From positions 1 to 32,129 of IMG/VR virus record IMGVR_UViG_3300006482_000004: 32,129 nucleotides of DNA; one strand, written 5' to 3'. Both the position numbers and the translations under genes were made by a program. The DNA comes from a virus (taxonomy: Duplodnaviria; Caudoviricetes). A model generated the notes under the pieces. That model worked only from the letters and a program-made list of their open reading frames with translations, was not told the DNA's origin and searched no databases. Below are positions 8,957-16,173 of this stretch, one piece after another. Position 1 is the stretch's first letter. Each line of letters starts with the position of its first letter.

Positions 8957-10630
8957 TTAGCGCGGATCGAGGGTCGATCCGGCGTAGTAATAGCTGGCGT
9001 ACAGCTTGATGCTGCGGATGATGGGGATGCCCACCAGCTTGGTCTCTGCCGCCAGGCCGTTGTTGACGATGTCCTGGCCGTCGGGGATCTCGATGACGTA
9101 GCCGGCCAGCTCCTGGGGCTGGGCCAGGACCATCGTATCCAGGGCCAGGCCCAGGTTGGTCCGCAGGTACTCGATGCCGGCCGCGCCGCCGTTGGCCAGC
9201 GGGTCGCCGACCTCGTCGTACATGGACTTGAGCGCCTGGATGCGCAGCTTGCGGATGGCCTTGAAGACCGTGCGCAGCACCTCGATGTACTGGTAGTCGC
9301 TGGTGGCGTCGGCCAGGGTGCGCGCGTCGCCCCAGTAGACGCCGGACAGCCCCGCGTAGCGCTTGGCCGTGAGGTAGCCCGCCTTTTGGAGGGCCTGCTG
9401 CACCGCCTCGTTCCAGTCGTCGGGCAGTGTGGCCGGGGCGATGCCGCCGTCGCGCACGCGGCCGATGGCGCGCATGACCGGGATGGCCATGATGCGTCCG
9501 GCGGCCAGACCGCCCCAGTTGCGCACCACGCGCCGGCCCGTGGAATCCATGACCTCCCCAAACTGGCAGCACACGGCCACAAATCGGTGCGCGTAGCTCG
9601 CCCGTTCCTGGAGCATGGCGGCGGTCCAGTCGTTGATGTCCTCGCCGTCAAAGGGCAGACGGGCCTCGCAGAGAAAAAACGTGGGCCGGTGCAGATTCCA
9701 CAACTCGTCGGCCGCAACGCCCAGCGCGGCCCAGTCCACGGAATCCGTGGGGCCGGCCACGTGCACGAACTCCACGTCGTACAGCTCCAGCGGCCGTTCC
9801 AGCGCGGCCATGACCGCCGCGATGGTCGGCACGGGCGGCAGCACCCGGACGCTGTAGGTCGTGCCGGCAACGCCGTCCTGGTCGGGCCAGGTGATGACCA
9901 CGCCCGTGTCGCCGACCGTGATAAGGCCGTCCACGGGCAGAGTCCGCTCCGGCCCGAAGGTGTCGCCGTCCACGCTCAGACGATACGTGCCCTCGTTGCG
10001 GCCGCCGGCCTGGAGGATCTGCAGGATGACCTCGGCCGCGGCCCTGGGTGTGCCGGTGGCCGTGATGTCCGGACCGTTGCCGATCTTGGACACCGGGCCG
10101 ATGGCCGTGCGCACGGTCACGGCGTATTGGTCCCCGGCGACCTGGTCGGCATCTTCCAGAACCAGGGTCGCTCCAGACACGCCGAGCGGGATCTGGCCGT
10201 TGGCCGGCGTAGCCGTGGTGGCCTGCCAGGTCTTGCCGCCGTCCAGGGAGAGCTTGCAGGTCGCCGCACCGAGCGCGCCAGCGTCCACGATCTGCACGAG
10301 CGCGTCGGCGTTCTCGGCCGGCACGCCACTGACCATTGCGTCTGGGCCTGTGCCGGTATGCCGAACCGGCGAGACGTAGCCGCCCGGCTGACCGGCCACA
10401 GGCACGGCGATAGCCGTGGCGGCCTGACCGCCTGTCGCAAACAGGTCGCGCAGCCGGTCCACCAGCGGTCCCACGCCCAGCAGGCCGGCCAGGTCGCTGG
10501 ACTTGCCCAGCAAGTAGCCCTTGCCGACCTCGCCCTTGGAGCAGACGCCGGCAACGATGCACGAGCCGTCCACGCCACCAGGCGCCAGGCCGGACGTGCC
10601 GTCCACTATGTATTCATAGACATCACCCAT
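8957..10630 (-). CDS. Tail sheath protein (DUF2586-like)
   Basis: 557 aa; GRVRDG, YAGLSGVYWGD, SDYQYIEVLRTVFKA motifs; upstream of the tube. Confidence 0.9.
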   Translation of the reverse strand: MGDVYEYIVDGTSGLAPGGVDGSCIVAGVCSKGEVGKGYLLGKSSDLAGLLGVGPLVDRLRDLFATGGQAATAIAVPVAGQPGGYVSPVRHTGTGPDAMVSGVPAENADALVQIVDAGALGAATCKLSLDGGKTWQATTATPANGQIPLGVSGATLVLEDADQVAGDQYAVTVRTAIGPVSKIGNGPDITATGTPRAAAEVILQILQAGGRNEGTYRLSVDGDTFGPERTLPVDGLITVGDTGVVITWPDQDGVAGTTYSVRVLPPVPTIAAVMAALERPLELYDVEFVHVAGPTDSVDWAALGVAADELWNLHRPTFFLCEARLPFDGEDINDWTAAMLQERASYAHRFVAVCCQFGEVMDSTGRRVVRNWGGLAAGRIMAIPVMRAIGRVRDGGIAPATLPDDWNEAVQQALQKAGYLTAKRYAGLSGVYWGDARTLADATSDYQYIEVLRTVFKAIRKLRIQALKSMYDEVGDPLANGGAAGIEYLRTNLGLALDTMVLAQPQELAGYVIEIPDGQDIVNNGLAAETKLVGIPIIRSIKLYASYYYAGSTLDPR

Positions 10631-10639
10631 GCGGGCCTC

Positions 10640-10969
10640 CTAAATCCTGCCCGAGCCGCAGGCGCGGCTCCGGAGTTTGGCCAACGCCGCGCCGAACTGC
10701 TCGGCGCTGACCTGCCTGCCCGGAGCCCAGCCCGCAGCCTGGCGCAGGGCAGCCTGCTCCCAGAGCGGCAGGCCCTGATCGCGGGCAATGTCCTCTACCG
10801 GGCGCAACTGGCCGGGTTTGGCCGATGTGGCCGGCCTAGCCTGTGTGGCCTGTGTGGCCGGGGCGGCCGGAGCAGCGGGCTCGGGCTGCCTGACCCGCTC
10901 CACGCGGCGCGGGTCGATGATGCTTTCGGATCGCTCGGCCGAAACGCCCTTGGTTTTGTCCTTGGCCAT
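10640..10969 (-). CDS. Small hypothetical protein preceding the sheath
   Basis: GGAGG RBS; Pro/Ala linker and WEQAALRQAAGW..G..VS..QF C-terminus. Confidence 0.75.
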   Translation of the reverse strand: MAKDKTKGVSAERSESIIDPRRVERVRQPEPAAPAAPATQATQARPATSAKPGQLRPVEDIARDQGLPLWEQAALRQAAGWAPGRQVSAEQFGAALAKLRSRACGSGRI

Positions 10970-10970
10970 G

Positions 10971-11495
10971 TCATGCCTCCTGGACGGTCAGGCCGTCCTT
11001 GATGTTGATCTCGCGGATGAGCGGCAGCGTCTCGTCCCGGCAGAGCATGCCGCTAAAACGCAGATGCAGGGCCGCTGCCCGCCGGCGGAAGACCTCCACG
11101 GTCTTGCGGTTAAAGCCGCCCAGGGTCGCCCGATACGCCTCCACGCGCACCAGGTTGTTGTCCGCGTCTGCCGTCCGCGCCGGCAGGGCCAGAAGGAAGG
11201 CCGGCACAAAATCAGCCAGCCACTCCTCGTCCTCGGCTATGACTTCGGCGCGCACGTCCAGCCTGCGGGTGTAGATGCGCGCGCGGATGGTCTCGTGCGT
11301 CTCCTCCTGGCTCGGAGCCGGGAAGCGCGCGACCTTGCCAAAGTCGCGCTCCAGCCCCTCGGGCAAGAACTCGGTCTCCAGCCGAGGCGACTTAGCCAGC
11401 TTGTCCTCGCGTTCGGGCTTGCGGCCCACGCGCTCGGCAGGCAGGCCGGCGGCCACGGCCGCGTCGCGGATGATCTGCTCTGCGAGACTTCTCAT
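10971..11495 (-). CDS. Putative tail completion/terminator protein
   Basis: Between gpG and the sheath; ATGA overlap; function from synteny only. Confidence 0.6.
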   Translation of the reverse strand: MRSLAEQIIRDAAVAAGLPAERVGRKPEREDKLAKSPRLETEFLPEGLERDFGKVARFPAPSQEETHETIRARIYTRRLDVRAEVIAEDEEWLADFVPAFLLALPARTADADNNLVRVEAYRATLGGFNRKTVEVFRRRAAALHLRFSGMLCRDETLPLIREINIKDGLTVQEA

Positions 11496-11998
11496 TTTGA
11501 CTGCCCCAAACGGACGCCGAATCCGGCGGCCAGCCAGGTCTGCACGGTCTGGCGCGTATCCTCGATGTCCTGCGCCGAAATCCCGATGAACGGCCGGGCC
11601 GGGATGGTCACGGACTTTTTGCGCGCCCAGCGCCCGCCCACCTGGAAACGCAGATGCGGCGCATTCTTGGCGCGGATCTCGGCCCCGAACTGGTGCGTGG
11701 ACGCGTATTCGACGTTCGTACCCACGGCGACCAGGTTGGGGCTGGCCTCGTAGCCGATGCTGTTTTTCAGCCTGGCGGTGTCCACCAGGGTCTGACCGCC
11801 GTCCTCTTTGGCGCGGATGGACGGCTCCCAGTCCTCGCCGTCCGGTCCCTGGCCGTCCTCGAAGCGCTGCTGCGTTGAGCTGACGAGCTGCTCGCCGATC
11901 TGCTCCATGAGCTCCTGGCGGGCCTGCACGTGGGCCATGGCCGCGCCGACAGTAGCCTGCAGACCCGACAGATCCATCTTGAAGCGCGCGCCAGCCAT
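11492..11998 (-). CDS. Virion morphogenesis protein (Mu gpG / P2 gpS family)
   Basis: RFEDGQGPDG..W.PS, TLVDTARLKNSI, VGTNVEYASTHQFG, IPARPFIG. Confidence 0.93.
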   Translation of the reverse strand: MAGARFKMDLSGLQATVGAAMAHVQARQELMEQIGEQLVSSTQQRFEDGQGPDGEDWEPSIRAKEDGGQTLVDTARLKNSIGYEASPNLVAVGTNVEYASTHQFGAEIRAKNAPHLRFQVGGRWARKKSVTIPARPFIGISAQDIEDTRQTVQTWLAAGFGVRLGQSK

Positions 11999-12417
11999 CA
12001 GAACCGCCTCCAGGTGTCAGAGCCGAACAGGGGCGTGGGCGCGTGGACCTCGATGCCGGTGTCGGCCACAGGCTCGGCGCCCAGCCGCTCCAGGCCGATG
12101 TCGTCCTTGCCGTCCACGATGCGCTTGAGGGCCGCCCTGGCCTCCCGGACCTGGTCCAAGAGGAACATGAACTCGGCCTCGTTGAGCAACGTGGTTACGG
12201 CCCCGACCACACCGTGGGCGGCCAGGGCCGCCGCGATCTGACGCAGGGTGTCCGGGACCGCGCCCAGGGGCAGCACGAACTTGCTGCGCAGGGCGTCCTC
12301 GACCCGGCCGTTGGCTGCCGCGACGCAGCGGTCAATGATGCCGGGCGCGATCTCCTCGGCCTTGTCCAGGTAGGCCTGCAGCAGATACTCGGTCAGATCA
12401 TCACGATGGCAGTACAT
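11998..12417 (-). CDS. Head-tail adaptor, Mu gp36 (DUF1320) family
   Basis: MYCHRDDL...ANGRVEDALRSKFVLPL..VPDTL; ATG 12417 preferred because of AGGAG spacing. Confidence 0.88.
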   Translation of the reverse strand: MYCHRDDLTEYLLQAYLDKAEEIAPGIIDRCVAAANGRVEDALRSKFVLPLGAVPDTLRQIAAALAAHGVVGAVTTLLNEAEFMFLLDQVREARAALKRIVDGKDDIGLERLGAEPVADTGIEVHAPTPLFGSDTWRRF

Positions 12418-12442
12418 AGACACTCCTGACGCGCGCTTGGGA

Positions 12443-12457
12443 CTAGTCTTAGACTAG
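12443..12457. repeat. 15-bp interrupted palindrome CTAGTCT-T-AGACTAG in the capsid/gp36 intergenic gap
   Basis: Perfect 7-bp arms; also GACTAG direct repeats 11 bp apart. Confidence 0.85.
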
Positions 12458-12484
12458 GCCGCGCCCCGCGATCCTACGCAGGGT

Positions 12485-13462
12485 CTAGGCCAGCACCTGG
12501 GCCACGCAGATGCCGCGCATGTTGGGGACCGGGAAAGGCTTGGACTCCGCTACCAGCATCCAGCCGCTCGGATCGTCCCGTTTGAGCGGCTTGATGAACA
12601 TGGGCAGGGGCTGGAGGTTGGCGTCCAAATCGTCCACGGCCGCGTAGATGAGCCGGTGGTCGGCGTCCTTGGCCACCATGCGCACGGTCTTGGCCGGCAC
12701 CACGGGCACCATCCCCCTGGTCTCGGGATCACGGTATTTTTCCGCCCGGCGCTTGACCAAGAAGCCGCCCACGTTGATGCCCTGGTCCGTGATCTCCACC
12801 CGGAACTTGGCCGTGGTCCTGGAGTCCTCGGCCAGGCGGAAGAGCTGGTTGTAGACGTCGCCCGAGGCCTGTATCTCGACCTCGCCGCCATAACCCTCCT
12901 GCTCCAGGGCCTCCTGCATGGCCGTCAATGTCTCGAAGACATCGGCCAGCTTGACGCCCTCGGCACCCCACTTTTTTGCCGGCGTCACGCTAAGCGGCGC
13001 GCCGAAGTCAATGACCCAACGGTCAAAGCCGCCGGCCTCCATCTGCACGGGCCAGTCGATCTCGCCGCTAAGGGCCTGGGAGCACAGGGCCTCGGTGGTC
13101 TTGCGCACGCCCCGGCGCAACAGGTCGGCCTTGCCCTGCGCCCAGGCGCTCTTGGCGTCCTGGCCCAGCACCCGCAGGTTATTGAGGTCCATGCCGCCCA
13201 CGAAGGTGTTCGGCTTGACCGGCAAGGGCTCGTAAAAGTCGGCCTGGCCGGAATCCCTGGTGGCCGGGATGGACGCCGAGCCGCGCTTGACCACGGGCAG
13301 AGCATGCACCACGCCCTGGATTTCGTGGACGCCGACAATGGGCATGGCCAACTGGGGCCGATTGACAAACAGGCTGTCCATGATGGGTGTCTTGATCACG
13401 GGCAGCGCGAGCAAGTAGCGCACGATGGCGTCGCGGGTGAACAGTCCCCGGATGTCGAGCAT
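12485..13462 (-). CDS. Major capsid protein (lambda gpE-like family)
   Basis: 325 aa after the decoration gene; RKTTEALCSQALSG, DDPSGWMLVAESKPFPVPN. Confidence 0.9.
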   Translation of the reverse strand: MLDIRGLFTRDAIVRYLLALPVIKTPIMDSLFVNRPQLAMPIVGVHEIQGVVHALPVVKRGSASIPATRDSGQADFYEPLPVKPNTFVGGMDLNNLRVLGQDAKSAWAQGKADLLRRGVRKTTEALCSQALSGEIDWPVQMEAGGFDRWVIDFGAPLSVTPAKKWGAEGVKLADVFETLTAMQEALEQEGYGGEVEIQASGDVYNQLFRLAEDSRTTAKFRVEITDQGINVGGFLVKRRAEKYRDPETRGMVPVVPAKTVRMVAKDADHRLIYAAVDDLDANLQPLPMFIKPLKRDDPSGWMLVAESKPFPVPNMRGICVAQVLA

Positions 13463-13477
13463 GATGCCCTCCGCTGG

Positions 13478-13828
13478 TTAAATGGGGTAGATGCCGGCGG
13501 CCTGAAGCACGGCCAGCAGGGTGGCGTCGGGAGCGGCCGGATCGACCGCGCCGACCTTGAGCACGTCGCGGCGCACGGTGCCGTGGATCACCACCACGCC
13601 GGCCGTGGCCTGGGCCGTGTCCAGTATCTCGTCGAGCACGGCCACAGGCACGGCGTCAGCGGCCTGCGGCACCAGATCACCGCTCTCGTCCTTGGCCAGG
13701 ATGAGCCCCACGGGCAGCACACCCTGGTCTGCCGCAAAGGCGGCTGTGACCAGCACCGGGCCGTGGCCCTTGATGCCGGCGCGCTCGTCGTCGTAGCTGT
13801 AGCTGTGGATCTTGCCGTTGATGGGCAT
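13478..13828 (-). CDS. Head decoration protein (gpD-like)
   Basis: 116 aa; LPVGLILAK, PVAVL, VVVIHGTV, L...GIYP; between protease and capsid. Confidence 0.82.
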   Translation of the reverse strand: MPINGKIHSYSYDDERAGIKGHGPVLVTAAFAADQGVLPVGLILAKDESGDLVPQAADAVPVAVLDEILDTAQATAGVVVIHGTVRRDVLKVGAVDPAAPDATLLAVLQAAGIYPI

Positions 13829-13836
13829 GGGACCTC

Positions 13837-14271
13837 CTAGATCTTGCTGGTCAGGTCGGCCGGCGTCTTGTCTTCGGCCCGGCCCGGCTGCGCGGCGCGC
13901 GTGGGCGTGGCAAACTCGGTCAGCAGGCCGTTTTGGGGACGGGCCTCCAGGCTGCGCCAGTAGGCCTCCTCCTGGCTGATGGCCTCGACCTTGCCGCCCT
14001 CGGCGGCAAAATTGATGGTCGCGGTGGCAGCGGCCAGGGACGCGGCAAACGTCAACACCTGCTCACGCTCGGCGGGCAGGGCGCGCTCGTCGGCCACGAG
14101 CTTCTCAAAGCGCGCCTCACGGGCCTTGGCCTCCTGCTCCCCCCTGAAGGCGGCGAAATCGGACGTGGCCTTGTCCCTGGCCGTCACGGCCTCATTGCGC
14201 TCGGCGGTGAGCGTGGCGATCTCCTTGTCCTTGTCCATGAGCTGGCGTTGCAGCTCCTCCAGCGTAGCCAT
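13837..14271 (-). CDS. Putative nested scaffold protein (Mu gpZ-like internal start)
   Basis: In-frame ATG 14271 with GGGAGG 5 nt upstream, at the start of the coiled-coil MATLEELQRQL... Confidence 0.7.
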   Translation of the reverse strand: MATLEELQRQLMDKDKEIATLTAERNEAVTARDKATSDFAAFRGEQEAKAREARFEKLVADERALPAEREQVLTFAASLAAATATINFAAEGGKVEAISQEEAYWRSLEARPQNGLLTEFATPTRAAQPGRAEDKTPADLTSKI

Positions 14272-14709
14272 GTCAGCCTCCCGTGAGTCCGCGGGTGCGG
14301 GCTCGGTTGAAAATTCGATTGTCGTGGCGTCCTCGTCTGCGCCGAAACTCACCTCACCCAGGCCGTCGATGGCCGGTGGCACGGCTCCGAGCAAACCCAC
14401 GTGGCGCAGGGTCCAATCCGGATTGAGGCTCATGGACACGTGGCGGTAGTGGCCCTTGGCGATGAGCGCCTTGACCTCCTCGGGCACGTCCTTGAGCCTG
14501 GCCTGCAGTGTATCGCCCACCACGCGCAGCCCCTCGACCCAGCCGAATGCCGGGTCGTTGGTCTGCGGATGGCCGAAGACGAGCGGGGCCTGCAGGCGCT
14601 TGGGGTCGTAGTCGCGCGCGATCTGCTCAAGCGTTGACCGGGTGAAGTCCACCAGGCGGCCGGCCATGTCCTTGAACTTTCCGACTCGGGCGATGTTGAT
14701 CCAGCTCAT
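13837..14709 (-). CDS. Prohead protease/scaffold (Mu gpI-like)
   Basis: ATG 14709 after GGAGG; APLVFGHP, PAFGWV, YRHVSMS, LRHVGLLGAVPPAIDGL. Confidence 0.92.
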   Translation of the reverse strand: MSWINIARVGKFKDMAGRLVDFTRSTLEQIARDYDPKRLQAPLVFGHPQTNDPAFGWVEGLRVVGDTLQARLKDVPEEVKALIAKGHYRHVSMSLNPDWTLRHVGLLGAVPPAIDGLGEVSFGADEDATTIEFSTEPAPADSREADMATLEELQRQLMDKDKEIATLTAERNEAVTARDKATSDFAAFRGEQEAKAREARFEKLVADERALPAEREQVLTFAASLAAATATINFAAEGGKVEAISQEEAYWRSLEARPQNGLLTEFATPTRAAQPGRAEDKTPADLTSKI

Positions 14710-14743
14710 GCGTCCTCCGTAATATGTCCGGCTGGCCGCAACC

Positions 14744-14771
14744 ATGCGGCCATGCAGGATATGCAAACTAT
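14744..14771 (-). promoter_or_regulatory. Putative late-promoter activator sites upstream of the protease gene
   Basis: ATGC-repeat array ending TATGCAAACTAT (14760-14771), identical to the motif at 21626-21646; candidate -10 CATATT at 14726-14721. Confidence 0.65.
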
Positions 14772-14773
14772 TT

Positions 14774-14802
14774 TTGACAAGGTTTGAGGCGGGGATTATG
14801 CT
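14774..14802 (+). promoter_or_regulatory. Sigma70-type promoter, antisense to the late operon
   Basis: TTGACA (14774-79), 17-nt spacer, TATGCT (14797-802). Confidence 0.8.
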
Positions 14803-14806
14803 ATAT

Positions 14807-14916
14807 CTGCTACGGGAAGGTCCGGGCGGCGCACCCTGAACCTCGCGCTGGCGGGGGTAGCAGCAAGGGTGTCGCCCGCTGTGCGGCCAGCGACGTCACA
14901 GCTCTTCCCTGTGCAG
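14807..14916 (+). ncRNA. Putative novel structured ncRNA (three-way junction with kissing loops)
   Basis: Starts just after the promoter. P1 GGGAAG/CTTCCC; P2 14823-37/14866-78; P3 14840-44/14854-58; P4 14879-83/14897-901; 7-bp loop-loop pair CGCTGGC/GCCAGCG. G-U pairs favour the + strand. Confidence 0.65.
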
Positions 14917-16173
14917 CAGTATCCCACTCCTCTGTTTTTCCAGGTACTCCAGCATGGCTTCCGGTCGGCCCGCCTTGGGCGTAAAGGCTGTCGTGCCCAG
15001 CCAGCGCCGCCCCACCAGGTTGAACACCACGAAGCCTCCGACGCGTCCCTCTGCGCCCTGGAACAGTCGCAGCAATCGGATCACCTCGTATCTGCGACCG
15101 GCCAGTTCGGCTGGCACCTGCCAGACTTCGTAGGGCTCGCGTATCGTCCGGGCCAGCAGCTTCAGATAGCGCTCGCGCCCGCTCTTGCGGACCTTCCAGC
15201 CGCCTTTTTGGCGGTCTTCGAAAAGCCGCCTGCTGATGACCACAGGCACACCGCCGGGCAGGACGTGCGTGCGACTGTCGCCGAGGCGCCGCAGCCCGAA
15301 CTCCTTAAGAAATTCCAGGACATACTCGTCATCGCGCAGGCCGGCGGGAAGAATGTCTGCGGGCCGCACGGGCAGGACATGGCGCGGGTCGAGCGTTGCC
15401 AGGCGCGGTTTGCAGCCGTCGGCAGCGAACATGCCCCGGCCATCGCGGCAGAGCGCCTTGACCGGACGTACACGCAGATCCCGCGCATCGACCTCCCGAG
15501 GCGTGAGCGAGGCGATCCAGTCCTCGGCCGTGTTTTGGGCAAACCCCTTGTCCGGAGCCGGCCGCACTGGCGGCAACCGCTCGCCGGTCCTTGGGTCCAC
15601 GGGCTCGATCATGCCGGGCCAGTCCTGCTGCACCTCGTAGCCGCGATCCTCGACCTGGCGCTCGCTCAGGGTCTGCACCGTGCAGCGGCAACGGAATCCG
15701 TTGGGCGGGTAAAACCGCGACCAGAAGTCGTGGTCGGCCGGGTAGACCAGGCCATGCAGGGCCGAGTGGCTGGGTCGCGTGCGGCTGTCCTGCACGGCGA
15801 CGTAGCGCCAGTACGGCCGCGTCTTGGCCGCGCGGCGCATCTGCACGAAACGCCCGGCCTGGTAGGCGGACTGGATGTTGGTCCTGAAAATCGTGTCCAC
15901 GCGCCAGGCCTTGTGCCCGGTCCAGCCCTGCTGCTCGATGATGTCCCCGATGCGCTCCTTGAAGTCGGCCAGGGTCTCGCCGCTCTCGGTGGCTTTGGAC
16001 ATGGCCGCGTGGACCTGCGCGAGCTGGTCCTGAGCCGACAGACCCGAGACCGTGAAGGCCCGCGCGCGGGCGCGCTCGGACAGCTCGTCAAACTCCTTGC
16101 GGGTGACGATCTTCTTGTCCGCCCAAAAGGCCCTGGCCTCGCGCATGGGCAACGCAAGGGGCTCAACGGCCAT
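14896..16173 (-). CDS. MuF (Mu gp30 / SPP1 gp7) minor head protein with C-terminal PBECR2-like nuclease-fold domain
   Basis: ATG 16173; RAFTVSG, IFRTNIQSAYQAGR, DSRTRPSH, PPNGFRCRC = MuF. C-terminal LLARTIREPYEVW...W.GTTAF...YLEKQRSGILL resembles PBECR2. Confidence 0.88.
   Translation of the reverse strand: MAVEPLALPMREARAFWADKKIVTRKEFDELSERARARAFTVSGLSAQDQLAQVHAAMSKATESGETLADFKERIGDIIEQQGWTGHKAWRVDTIFRTNIQSAYQAGRFVQMRRAAKTRPYWRYVAVQDSRTRPSHSALHGLVYPADHDFWSRFYPPNGFRCRCTVQTLSERQVEDRGYEVQQDWPGMIEPVDPRTGERLPPVRPAPDKGFAQNTAEDWIASLTPREVDARDLRVRPVKALCRDGRGMFAADGCKPRLATLDPRHVLPVRPADILPAGLRDDEYVLEFLKEFGLRRLGDSRTHVLPGGVPVVISRRLFEDRQKGGWKVRKSGRERYLKLLARTIREPYEVWQVPAELAGRRYEVIRLLRLFQGAEGRVGGFVVFNLVGRRWLGTTAFTPKAGRPEAMLEYLEKQRSGILLHREEL

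Noticed and set aside
14807..14916. Structured element read as a tRNA or as a minus-strand terminator
   Set aside because: No T-loop/anticodon cloverleaf or CCA; no U-tract on the minus strand; G-U pairs become A-C mismatches on that strand
14784..14984. 66-aa + strand ORF as a protein immunity gene for the MuF nuclease
   Set aside because: Its TTG start lies inside the promoter spacer, upstream of the predicted TSS, with no RBS; the region is better explained as structured RNA
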